Below are positions 1 to 10,128 of a DNA stretch of 22,550 nt, one piece after another. A model generated the notes under the pieces. The model had not been told where the DNA came from, did no database searches, and saw only the letters and a program-made list of their open reading frames with translations. Within the stretch, counting starts at the first letter, position 1, and every line of letters starts with the position of its first letter. The position numbers were made by a program, and so were the translations under genes. The DNA comes from Toensbergia leucococca (lineage: Eukaryota), in assembly GCA_022813965.1 (NCBI GenBank), contig JALDZS010000008.1, positions 248,001 through 270,550 of the forward strand, read 5' to 3'.

Positions 1-410
1 GGCCAGTACTCGTAGCAGACGTCAGTTTGATTTCCACCAGAAAACAAAGGAAACAAACATCTACCAACGCCTTGACAAAATATGAGAAGGACCCTTAGAT
101 TAGAGTGATGTACTTGACTACCTATGATGCACGTTCTTGACAGAAGGCATCTCAATAACATCACGACCTCTCTTCATTATCGCCCATCATCCTACCCTCC
201 CCCCTTACCTAGTCCCTCACGGACAGAAAACGATCCAAATCAATCAAGCACCTCTAACGCACGCAAAAGCCAACCCCACACGCACACAAGCGAAAGTATG
301 CAACGAGTACCTGCGCAAGCCAACCCAAGAAAGGATCCATTTCATCGATCCTCCATTCATAATGCAATCGATCTTGTCCTGCCTGTATGTCGTCTCCAAA
401 GCGCGCAATT

Positions 411-1395
411 CTAACAGCAACCACCCGCCGAACCCGATGGCACTCCTTGGCCTTGGCCGACTTGCACTGTAGGCTTGTTGTTTACAGTCGTGGTGCCCAT
501 TCGCTCTTTAATTTGGCGGGCCATGGTGAGGAAGGCTTGCTCGACGTTTGAGGCGTTCTTGGCTGAGGTTTCTAGGAAGGGGATGCCAAGGCTGTCGGCG
601 AATTCCTAAGACGCCAGAAGCAGATGTGTAAGACACTTTTCTTCACCTAGTAACTAACATATCGACGGGAGGTGTGTCAAGACTAAGCGCACCTTTGCAT
701 GTGTATACTCTACGACTTTCTTATCTGTCATATCGCTTTTGTTGCCAACGAGGAGTTTATTTACACCTTCTGTGGCGTAGCGGTCGATTTCTTGAAGCCA
801 CTGCTTGACGTTGTTGAATGAATCCATATCCGTCACATCATAAACGACACAGATACCATGTGCACCCCGGTAGTATGAGGATGTGATTGTTCGGAATCGT
901 TCTTGGCCCGCTGTGTCCCACTAGCAAGGTATCAGCATGGAAGGCAGAACAGCGTTTACGGCAAAGCTAACAATTTGAAGTTTCACGGTCTTGCCATCTA
1001 ACTCGATTGTCCGGATTTTCTAATAATTTTATTAGCTCCTCCAACGAAGCTTGCCGGGCAGGGCAATATGTAAAGGGAGTTTCTCACAAAATCCACACCG
1101 ATGGTCGAAATGTAGCTCTCTGTATATGTGTCGTCGGCAAATCGAAGTAGCAAGCAGGACTTTCCGACTCCGGAATCACCGATGAGAAGGAGCTTGAAGA
1201 GATAGTCGTATCTGCGTGAATACATGGATCAGCGACGCTCATTTCGCAGCCTCCACGAGGCTGTCCTAGAAAACCGGCGCCACGAGACATGAGAATTCCA
1301 AGCTTTGAAGGTTGCGGAGACTCTGTTGAAGTTCAAGCGTCAGTGTTGAACAGTAGCATCCATGGTTGGAGTGGAACATACCACTCAGGATTCAT
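411..1395 (-). CDS. ypt1: Rab1/Ypt1 small GTPase, 5 exons (1395-1385, 1211-1088, 1019-972, 920-693, 605-411)
   Basis: Spliced translation [83 protein letters not shown]...GNKSD...ETSAK...SAGGCC*. G1-G5 motifs and the C-terminal CC prenylation motif are present. Introns 2-4 are canonical GT-AG. Confidence 0.97.
1212..1384 (-). other. Nested spliceosomal twin intron (stwintron, [D3,4] type) forming ypt1 intron 1
   Basis: Minus strand reads ATGAATCCTGA | GTG [GTATGT...ACTGAC...TTCAACAG, 1381-1323, 59 nt] AGT ...GCTGAT...CACGCAG | A TAC GAC. Removing the inner intron creates donor GTGAGT for a 114-nt outer intron, and removing that gives GAA TAC GAC (E-Y-D). Confidence 0.85.
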
Positions 1396-1796
1396 ACTGG
1401 CGGGCAGATATTAGGTACGAGAGGCTGTAGTTATCAGTGGCGAAAGAAGTAGACAAGTGTCTAGAGATAGGTTCAGTTGAAGGAGAGTCGTGATCAGTGG
1501 TGAGAGTTGCTGGTCAGTTGGAATATCACACGTCGAGTAAGGAAATTAGCGCTGTTCTAGGTACGCGAATGGTCTAGCGGCTGATGGAACGGCGCAGCTG
1601 TCACCTATTCTCGAATCACCCACGTCACCTGCAGCAAGGTACCAAGACAACAAGACTCTACGAAGAGGGACGTGTGATGGATCCATTGATACGCCCATTC
1701 TAAAACGAGGCAGAAGAGGAGGCTTTTGAGCTATATTCTATCTCCCTTCATCGGGTCCTTGCATCACCTCGATCCCATGCCTTCTCTCTCCCGTGC

Positions 1797-4700
1797 TCAA
1801 ACATAATCATGTGCCACCAACCACTCCAAAACCAACTCCTCGTCACGCTCTTTATAACTTGCATTCCCTTGGATGGTATCAGAGACTTGGATGAGCCCTC
1901 GATCATAGGCTGCAGTGTCTTTGTCCTTGAAGAATATTGCAATATCTCTCTCCTGCTCATGACTTGCAAATCTCGTCAGACTTTCTTTGAAGAAGACATT
2001 TAGAACGACCGAATTGCCGGAAAGCCTCCCGTGAATGATTTTCCAATTCTCCTTGATGTACTTCCACATTGTACCTCTAGCTTTTGGATTCGCTCCGAGT
2101 GTGATTGTCCCACTATGCACGTCTTGAACAGCGACTGAGTCTGAGAACTGAAATTCCATGAAGTCTTTCACTAGCTCTACGTCTTGAACACGACCAAGCG
2201 ATCGCAAGCAGGTTTCCTTTCCGTCAATAGATGTAGTATTCAGGTACTCATGCTTCACAGCATCGTATTCCGTTCTGCCTCCATTGGCTACAATAGTACT
2301 GAAAACTGCTAGCCGCAGATTAGGATGTATTTCATTACCTCCAGAACTATAGCTCTGGAATCGACGGTTCGCTTCATCAATTGTTCTGGTTATCAGGTCA
2401 GTACGTTATAAGAACCCAGGGCAGTTGGCTGCTTGCTCTTGGTGTCCCGCATCACTTGCTACTCTGATCAGTAGGGAACGGAGTTGACTTGTAAGAAAAT
2501 CCTCGCTCCGTTCGGATTCCCACCCAAGTCTCTGAGTTGCTGCTGAAACCAGTTTTAGGGTGTAGTTTCGTAGACCTTTTGCTACGATTTCATTTTCCGC
2601 GAATATGGATTGAACATTAGTCAAAGAATTCAGAACCTGCGACCAGACACTGCTTTCTATAAGTACATAGACCAGTCTCAATGGTGGCTTGACCTACAAG
2701 TAATTAGTCTCACTCGCAAAGTTACCTAACAGTGCCAAGAGCCCAGCTGTTGTGTTATCACCAGCGATGGCAAGCGCTGCGGCGTCTCCAATTAGCCCAA
2801 TTTTATCCTCAGTAGAGAGCTTTTCTTTGGCAGCACCAATTTTTGCTAATCGTTCCGGCGGATAGTTAGTGCGATAAAACCCGAGCTGATTAGTATTAAG
2901 TTTGTAGAAGGTCTCGTCGATGTTGCGAACGGTTTCTTCCTTACTGGTCAAAGCTGTGCTAGCGGTTTCTGTCCCTTGGGAATCGGTCTTGAGACCAAGT
3001 GGAATCCACCACAAGGTCTCGTCTTCTTCGGCTTTGACATCCCCGGCCGAGAGAAAGCGCGATTGGCGAACCCCGATCTGTCCAGGCTCTTCCACTACGG
3101 TCAAAACTGGAAACCCAATCTTTCGAATCCATGCATCCTAACGTTGGTCAGCCGTACGTTCATGAAAACTCTAGAGGGCTTACCATAAAGGTGTTTATAT
3201 CCTTCTCAGATGCCTTGCTGATAGCTGCCCATAGATCATTCGTAGTTGCGTTTCCTGCAATGCCGTGAGCAAAGTCATCAAAGCAAACATCGCCGCCGAT
3301 TACCGTATGCATACGTCTTCAGATAGTCCGAGACGCCAAGAAGGAACGTTTCCACTCCCAAATGACCACTCAACATTCTTATCACGGAGCTTCCTTTCAG
3401 ATAGCTGATCTTGTCAAAAATTTGATCAATCTCCAAAGCATCCTTGACAGGCACTTCTATTGGATGGGACGATCTTAACGAGTCCAGCTGGGAGGCTGAC
3501 TGAACGGAGTCTTCGATGAATTGCGCCCAGACATCCCATTCTTGTAAGACAGCGTTAGGGATGAACTTAACTCGATCATTCGTCATTTGAGACAAACCTG
3601 GATAAAAATGATGTATAGCCAACCAACCGACCCATGTTGCGAAACCCTCATTTAGCCAAAGCTCGCTCCACCAATCCATTGTCACCAGGTTTCCGAACCA
3701 CTGATGGGCGAGTTCTGGAACAAATAAGCTCTGTTTCGCGTTACCATCAAACGTTCAAATCTCACCGTGTGCCACGACATAGGCAATTCGTGTTTTGTAT
3801 CGAGCATCGGATTGCTGTTCATCAAAGAGAAGAGCTGTGGTTCGATAGGTTATCAACCCCCAATTCTCCATTCCATTATGGGACTATAGCGCCTAGATCA
3901 GCTAAGACATTCTCCCAACATTGGGGATGATAGACATATGATTGCCTAATATGAGATCTCATAAACTTACGTATTCATGAACGGCGAGTAGATCAATTTT
4001 GGGAAGTGGATAATTGACATCAAATATCTTGTACAAGCACTGATCAATTTTGGAATAAAATATAGGATGTCATTTCACGTACTTCTGAAAAATCTATATC
4101 CAATGCAACCGTCAACAAAGCTCAAGATCACTGGTGAGAGCCGAAAACACTTACAGTCCACTATCTGATGTGCATTCTGTAATGCAAAGCGTCCTTGACC
4201 TTTCAAGCCTCTCGTGGTATAAACTCTTACTGGGATTCGCTTGCCGTCGTACTTTCTCTGTGTGTATTCTTCGATATGTTCAAAGTCTCCAAAGGCCCAA
4301 GCCAAGAGATAAGTGCTCATCACTGGAGTTTGATCAAAAGTCACAATTTTGCGTCCGTTCTTTCCCTGCTGGACACTCTTTTCAGGCATGTTACTCAACG
4401 CCACTAGGTCTTTTGGAATTTCAATGCTCAGATTGAATGTTGCTTTGAGATTCGGCTCATCAAAACAAGGTAGTGCTCTTCTAGCATCACATGGCTCGAA
4501 ATCAGTGCTGAACATGAAGTGATGTTCCCCCTCCTTGGGAACAGACTTTGCAGGCGTGACAGTGGGTTTGTATCTGGATCTGCAAAATCCGACCATGACA
4601 TTGTTCATGGTGCCACCATACTTGATCTGCAAGATTACCTTTGCGGAAGCAGAAATCTCTTCTTCGAAAGCCAGAGTGACCCGCTGCGTCTTTTCATCAT

Positions 4701-5036
4701 GCAAAATTTCTGATGCTTTGAGTTCTTAAAAATATCAGCGGTCTCTTACTAGATGGAAAGGGGCTCTGTTACTTGCGCAGCCACTACTCGAAACGTTGGC
4801 ACTATATATTGACAGCTGGTGAGCATTGAGGATAATGGTTTTAGTAGCTTCTTCGATATTGAGCTTGATCTTGACAATCCCTTGGAAACTAAAGGATCCA
4901 CCGAGCTCAAGATCGTACAGGGAGATATCGTAATTAATCGGTTTGATCCTGCTCAAAAAAATCAAAAATCCATCATAAGACTACAGACGATCGTTACCCA
5001 CGTATGTGGCAACACATCTCTGTCGGTGGCAGCCAT
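1797..5036 (-). CDS. M1-family zinc aminopeptidase (Ape2/Aap1/puromycin-sensitive aminopeptidase-like), multi-exon
   Basis: Starts [22 protein letters not shown]. Contains [26 protein letters not shown], the HEXXH-x18-E motif split by an intron ([30 protein letters not shown]), and [17 protein letters not shown]. Includes an 11-nt microexon at 4093-4083 and a C-terminal ERAP1_C-like region ending AHDYV* at 1797. Confidence 0.95.
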
Positions 5037-5725
5037 AACATTACAAAGCCTGATCTTCTGAATGGATACTGATATCACTAACTACCTAGGTGAGAACGGA
5101 CGAAGCAGGCTAGCTAGGCGTGTAAGTTGTGGGCTAGAGGCATATCGCTCTCTTTTGACATTACATCAGCTTATATATACATCTTGATATTACACAACAT
5201 TTCAACTGGACTTCTCCAACTCTGTTGCATGCCATCGGTTGACGGAGTTACGCCCGGCGGTACTGTGATTGGGTGTAAATCGAGGTGCGACATCGCGATG
5301 TTTACCTAAGATTGCGCCCGAGGTGGGTGCGCCCAGACTAGAACATAAGAGTCAGAACGGGGGGCGAAATCATGATGTTTCCCTAGGTGTCCTGCGCCCA
5401 GGTTCGGTGGAAGTGTCGATGTATCGGAGAGGGATGTCAGTGTATTGGTAGCCAAATTTTGTATGTGCGGCTAGAGGGCAAACCCTGTTAATTGGCAAGG
5501 CGATCGTAGCCACTCTTACATAAATCGCATGTCCAACTCCACCGGTCTCAAGTACGCTACCGCGCTATGACTATGCCCTCCGTAGCTGTCTCCACGAGGA
5601 GACTGACAAAGACTATCGCTCGCTAAATGCAGAAGAGCCAGTCCAAAAGCGTCAAACTCCTACGATGCAATTCCTTGGGTATCATGCACCGTAAATTATG
5701 TCGTCCAGCAGTCTTTTCTTCCATG

Positions 5726-6254
5726 CTAGAGACGGATGTAGACGTCAAGACAGGGCAACCTCCATTCTCGGGCTCCCAGCCAGCTTCGAATCCACTCGAC
5801 ACCGATCCCTGTCCATTCATTCCTAAATTCAATCCGTCGTTTCAACTCCTCGGCAGCAACTCCGGCTAAAGCTGTGGCGGTCTGATTGACTGCTGTTGTG
5901 AGAAATGATGCTTCTTCCAGGGTATAATTTCCAGATGGATCAGACCATTCGGCGACATGAGAGAGTGGATTTGGCGAGTGTGACGAGAGGTAGCGTGGCT
6001 CGAACCAATTGCTGTGGATGTCGAAGAAGCATTGATCGGACCATTCGCACGACGTGATGAACAAGACTGCGAGAAGGACGGAGCAATACACGCACGGCCG
6101 GTTAAGGAAGTATGTGAGGGTGAAGAATACTACGACGAATAGTGGAGATGCATTGGTAGGTATGAACAACAGTGGCAACCAACTAAGCAGTAGAATTAGT
6201 AAGAATTGTAGTGGCTCAACAGTCTGGATCTCCTTACCTCCGTAGGCAAAACAT
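5726..6254 (-). CDS. BC10: BC10/BLCAP (bladder cancer-associated protein)-family small membrane protein; exons 6254-6238 and 6182-5726
   Basis: ATG TTT TGC CTA CGG AG|gtaagg...ctaat...ttag|T TGG gives MFCLRSWLPLLFIPTNASPLFVVVFFTLTYFLNRPCVYCSVLLAVLF, matching the recalled BLCAP pattern MYCLQWLLPVLLIP...RKPCTICAL. The ORF-track start at 6289 reads through the intron. Confidence 0.85.
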
Positions 6255-6564
6255 ATTGCCTGATAGATGTCAGATTCGGTTGTTTTCATGAGACTGCAGA
6301 GTTGTTGCTTGTAAAACCTTGGGGTTCCACTCGTTTGTCGCTAGTTCTAGCTGTTGATCAGCTTCGGGCTGAAAGGATGAAAGTTCGACCGTGTCCGTTT
6401 TCACTTTCAAGACCTTTATACTAGGTAGAGAAAGTACTCATATCTAAAATCCGCTTGACCTACAGACAAGAAGAATGCTGTACTCTACCGTGAGGATCCA
6501 TATAGACGAATACGGTATCCCCGTTTGTAAGTATGTCCAACCAAGGTAAGTGTGATGTTTCAAT

Positions 6565-6746
6565 TTAAAATAAGATTTCTGAGGAGAGTGTAGCTTTCTT
6601 AAGTGATCTAATGTGGTCAAGCAGATACTTTTCCACTGAAAATGGCAGATTCTATTAAAACAAGATTTCTGAGGAGAATGTAGCTTTCTTAAGTGATCTA
6701 ATGTGGTCAAGTAGATACTTTTCCACTCAAAACGGCAAATTCTATT
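6565..6746. repeat. Tandem duplication, 2 x 90 bp
   Basis: ttaaaaYaagatttctgaggagaRtgtagctttcttaagtgatctaatgtggtcaagYagatacttttccactSaaaaYggcaRattcta at 6565-6654 and 6655-6744; 6 mismatches, 5 of them transitions. Confidence 0.95.
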
Positions 6747-6879
6747 TCGAGATTCACTATTAGATGAGATCCGTACCTCCCACAATCACAGACGTTTCAT
6801 TCTTTTACTATCGTGTTCCTGGATTTTGCAACGACCACTCCGCCTTAAGAGATAATTAACTCCTCGATCAACACAAGAT

Positions 6880-8428
6880 ATGACTGACCTTGACACTTTG
6901 ACTCGCGACTGGGTCTTCAGAAATCCCAGTGACTCTCAACGCTGCCGCTTTGCCTTCATTCAAGATCATGTTGATCAAAAGGAAGTCATCGATGCACTAT
7001 GTGAGCTTAGTCACTCCGTCCATCGACTTCAATTCTCAGGTCACTGGACAATGGGGATGTGTGGATGCATTATGCTCTATGTCTCCGATGATACCAGCAC
7101 TGAAAAGCTCAATCTCATAGCTGTGAAATTCAGCCAGCCCACCATGGCCGAGCTAGACGCACAAGAACGGGATGTGCATGAGAACATCCTTCGTTTTGAA
7201 AGCTTTGCCCGAGCAAAAGCGGGTTTCATGACATACGAGTAAGCAGGCTTTGAATATGTCTCTCTCTAATACTGATTTGCATAGAGCACTAGGACTGCAG
7301 ATACCGCGGATATTCGAACCAGTCCAGCTTCGACGAAGCGTTCCATGTCTTCCTATGGAGTTTAAGCAAGGCTACCGGCTAATTCATGACTTCCCACGCC
7401 GTATTCCATCTAGCAAGAGCGAGTGGGAAGCCTGTACCGCGCGGCAGCTGGTTGGACTCCGTCATCTGGCCCACTCCATGAGATTGCTAGCTACGTGGAC
7501 ATCATTGACTCCAGGTTTCGCCCATGTGGCTTCGATTCAGGAAGGCCTGATCCTTGAGACACCTCACTTTCCAGATCAAAAAGACGCTTCCGCTGCTATT
7601 GAAATGCGCTACAAGAATGAGATGGAGTGTGCCTTTGACATCTTGGCGGCTGCAGATGCTGAAGAATTTGCCTTCAGCTCTGACATGTTCAGACTACTAA
7701 ACCGTCTGTTTGATCTTCTTCCACCGGAAAATGTGTGCTTCCTGACCAACTTTGATCTCGGCGCACACAACACTTTCGTGGAGGAGGGCTTGAACATGTG
7801 CTACATTGACATTGTTACCTCTTGTGAGCCGATAGGATTTGTGTCTCAGCCTCCTGGAATGGCTGGACTATGCATACATGATAGCGAAGATACGGACTGT
7901 TAGTATTTGCGACTCGAACGTCAAGACTACTTCACTCTATTTCAGGATCTACTGTGTGATCAGATGTTGCTAGGTGGCAAGCCATGCTCAGACAAGGAAC
8001 TTGAAGCTGGCAGAATGATCTCACAATCCCTACGCTCGGTGCAAGCTTTCTTTGTTCAAGGAACAATCATATGTCTGAATCTATGCAACTACGATGCCTA
8101 TGGTTGGATTACAGAAGTTGTCAATGAGCTACTGCCTCGAGTGAACAACTACGCGTCCGGCCTTCGAAGGAGCTATGGCCTTGCAAAATCTCTGGAACGA
8201 AGTTTTCGGAAGAGCTACAACCTCGCGCTATCTCCGGATCGTAGGCAACCTGGAACGCCCCTCCTTGCACGAACCTTGGATACTTTCGGCCCTGCACAAG
8301 CTCTGAAACATGACAACTTTTGGAACCGCCTCCCTGCGAATAGCAAGCAAGCTGTCGACTCAGGGTTACCCAAATCAAACCTGGTTGATAAACCTGATAA
8401 CATAATCCGACGGCAGGCACTGCAATAA
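6880..8428 (+). pseudogene. Divergent APH/choline-kinase-like phosphotransferase gene with one in-frame TAG (7901-7903); intron 7239-7284
   Basis: Exon 1 splices in frame (GA|gtaagc...ctgat...atag|A GCA). Kinase-like motifs are IAVKFS, LGLQIPRIF and LTNFDLGAHNTFVEEGLNMCYID (resembling HxDLxxxN...ID). ORFs 7250-7903 and 7907-8428 are in the same frame, separated only by the TAG. Confidence 0.55.
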
Positions 8429-8671
8429 GAGAACCAACCAATGAAATCATAAGAAAGCTGCTCGATGGTTGAGTAGCCATGTGGTATTTTTGCTTTGAAA
8501 AGGAAGGTCCTCTCGAGGCTTTTGAAAGTGGTGCTGCCCGCTCAATCTCTTGTTTGGCTGGCCTATGTGGTGGGTTCCAACTGCACCTTCCCTTTCTGTA
8601 TGAATGAGCGTAATTCACATTGAAATAAATCTCGCTCTTCTTTCTTCCTCACTTTCTCTTCCTCACTCCAT

Positions 8672-8774
8672 TTCCACCATCCCATCATCAAGAGACTTCC
8701 ACCATTAAAAGACTTCCACCATCCCATCATCACAAGACTTCCACCATCCAATCATCAAAAGACGTCCACCATGG
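8672..8774. repeat. Minisatellite, ~25 bp unit ttccaccatcccatcatcaNNagac, 4 units (one shortened) plus a partial fifth
   Basis: Units start at 8672, 8697 (17 bp), 8714 and 8739, and the partial unit gtccaccATGG starts at 8764. Confidence 0.85.
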
Positions 8775-9149
8775 CTCCAATTAAGGAGTTGAGGAAAACG
8801 AAAGAGAGCAAAGCCGAACAAGCCAAAGAGTATAACGAGGTAAGCTTTGATGACTCCAAGTCTAGTCTGCTTCTCTAATCATTCTCAAGTCCTCTCCAAA
8901 AACTCCAACGACGTCTAAGTCAGACGTATCTCCGGGGGGTCCAACTACCCCAATGAGGTACCAGGAAGAACGCAAACAAAAGATGCTCGAATATGAAGCA
9001 TCAAAGAGTACACCTGAAGCAAAGAAAAAAGCAAGTACTGATACACTCAAAATCAATCTCATAAAGCCTCACTAATGTGCTATAGAAATGAAAAGAGCGT
9101 GAAGGACGATGAACATGAGGAAGAGGGCGGCCAGGAGAATAAGGCCTAA
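8771..9149 (+). CDS. Small charged, low-complexity orphan protein (3' end uncertain; possibly a pseudogene)
   Basis: ccaccATGG start context, MAPIKELRKTKESKAEQAKEYNE, intron 8840-8889 (gtaagc...ctaat...caag), then SSPKTPTTSKSDVSPGGPTTPMRYQEERKQKMLEYEASKSTPEAKKK. A second intron-like segment ends ctaat...tag near 9085, but its phase does not cleanly join the acidic tail ending at 9149. Confidence 0.4.
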
Positions 9150-9395
9150 GGGACAGACGTTGTTGCTGAATACTTCGGTCGTTTGGTGTTACGGATAATC
9201 CTCCACTATGCACCGTGATGTGTTGACGCATCGGGCTAGCACCTTGCTTAGCTCGGCGCACACTAGAGAGAGCTCGCCCCCTCACTTAGCTTTCTCATCA
9301 GTCATACTACACATTACCATACATTTATCAGAGATAAGGTACCTTATCACCTCATTGTGTGATTATCCCTGACATCTGGGGTGCACCGCCGTGAG

Positions 9396-9490
9396 AGACT
9401 AAAATTAGCGTGAGATCGCTTGGCACTATCACGATCTTGCCTCTTCATTTTTTACTTCTCGCAAACAAGCACCGCACACGCATGCCACAC
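9396..9490 (+). repeat. Dispersed direct repeat copy A: duplicate of the EDC4-like gene's leader/promoter
   Basis: agactaaaattagcgtgag...atcgcttggca...tgcctcttca...ttttactt...cgcaaacaa...cgcacacgcatgccacac aligns end to end with 13862-13969, with two short gaps and about 8 substitutions. Confidence 0.92.
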
Positions 9491-10128
9491 AGCAGGTAGG
9501 TACCTACTTATCTCACCTAGCTCTAGCTTAGGTCAGAATTTCTTCGTTTTCGGTATCCTGAAACTTGGGCATTCACTACCTAGGTAGTCCAAGATGCTGT
9601 GCGATGTACTTCTTCTCTCCTTCGCCCTTTCTTGCTCTTCGGTCTTCCTCACCCTTTACCATTTCTCGCTCTCTACTCTTGTATTTCCACGCTATCCCGT
9701 TCTGGCCCACACGCCTTCAGTATTTATGCTACCGGTAGAAGCCTTTCAACAGGGAGTATGTCCCTTCGCTACACTGTTCTTCCATTCACGATAGTCTCTC
9801 GCTCTTCCATGTAAAGTTCTTGAAACCCTTGAGGAATTTTGATCTCAACTTCATATATACCCTCATCACCACAAAGCCTCTGCTTTGATGCCTTGCCTTT
9901 ACGACATCTGAAAATCCCAACCTGTTCTCACATCAGTTCTCTTCTCATCTCATGTCTCACCTTACATCAGGCATCTCCTCACATCAAACTCGCTCTCACC
10001 TCAAATCACTTTTGTGTGACCAGAAAATAATAACAACTTATGTCTTCACTTCCGTGTTACTAGCTACATCAACCTCATCCATTCTCAATTAGCAACGTAT
10101 ATCCTCTCACTAAAGACAGGCTTCCGTA

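Noticed and set aside
124..472. Two + strand ORFs (96 and 111 aa)
   Set aside because: They are antisense to the ypt1 last exon and 3' UTR and show no recognisable motifs.
1381..1395. Simple ypt1 exon 1 ending at the GTATGT donor, or an N-terminus MNPEW/MYSRR
   Set aside because: Splicing from GTATGT gives TGA at codon 5 with either acceptor, and MYSRR comes from intron sequence. Only the nested model (or a non-consensus GTGGTA donor) gives MNPEYDY.
5300..5410. Three TGCGCCC motifs upstream of the aminopeptidase
   Set aside because: Short, irregularly spaced and without supporting structure; could be a factor-binding site but cannot be supported.
6444..6785. 113-aa minus-strand ORF with an internal repeat
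   Set aside because: It is a by-product of the 90-bp tandem duplication, has a non-ATG start and has no coding features.
8672..8774. CRISPR-like array
   Set aside because: Eukaryotic context, units are contiguous without unique spacers, and no cas genes are present.
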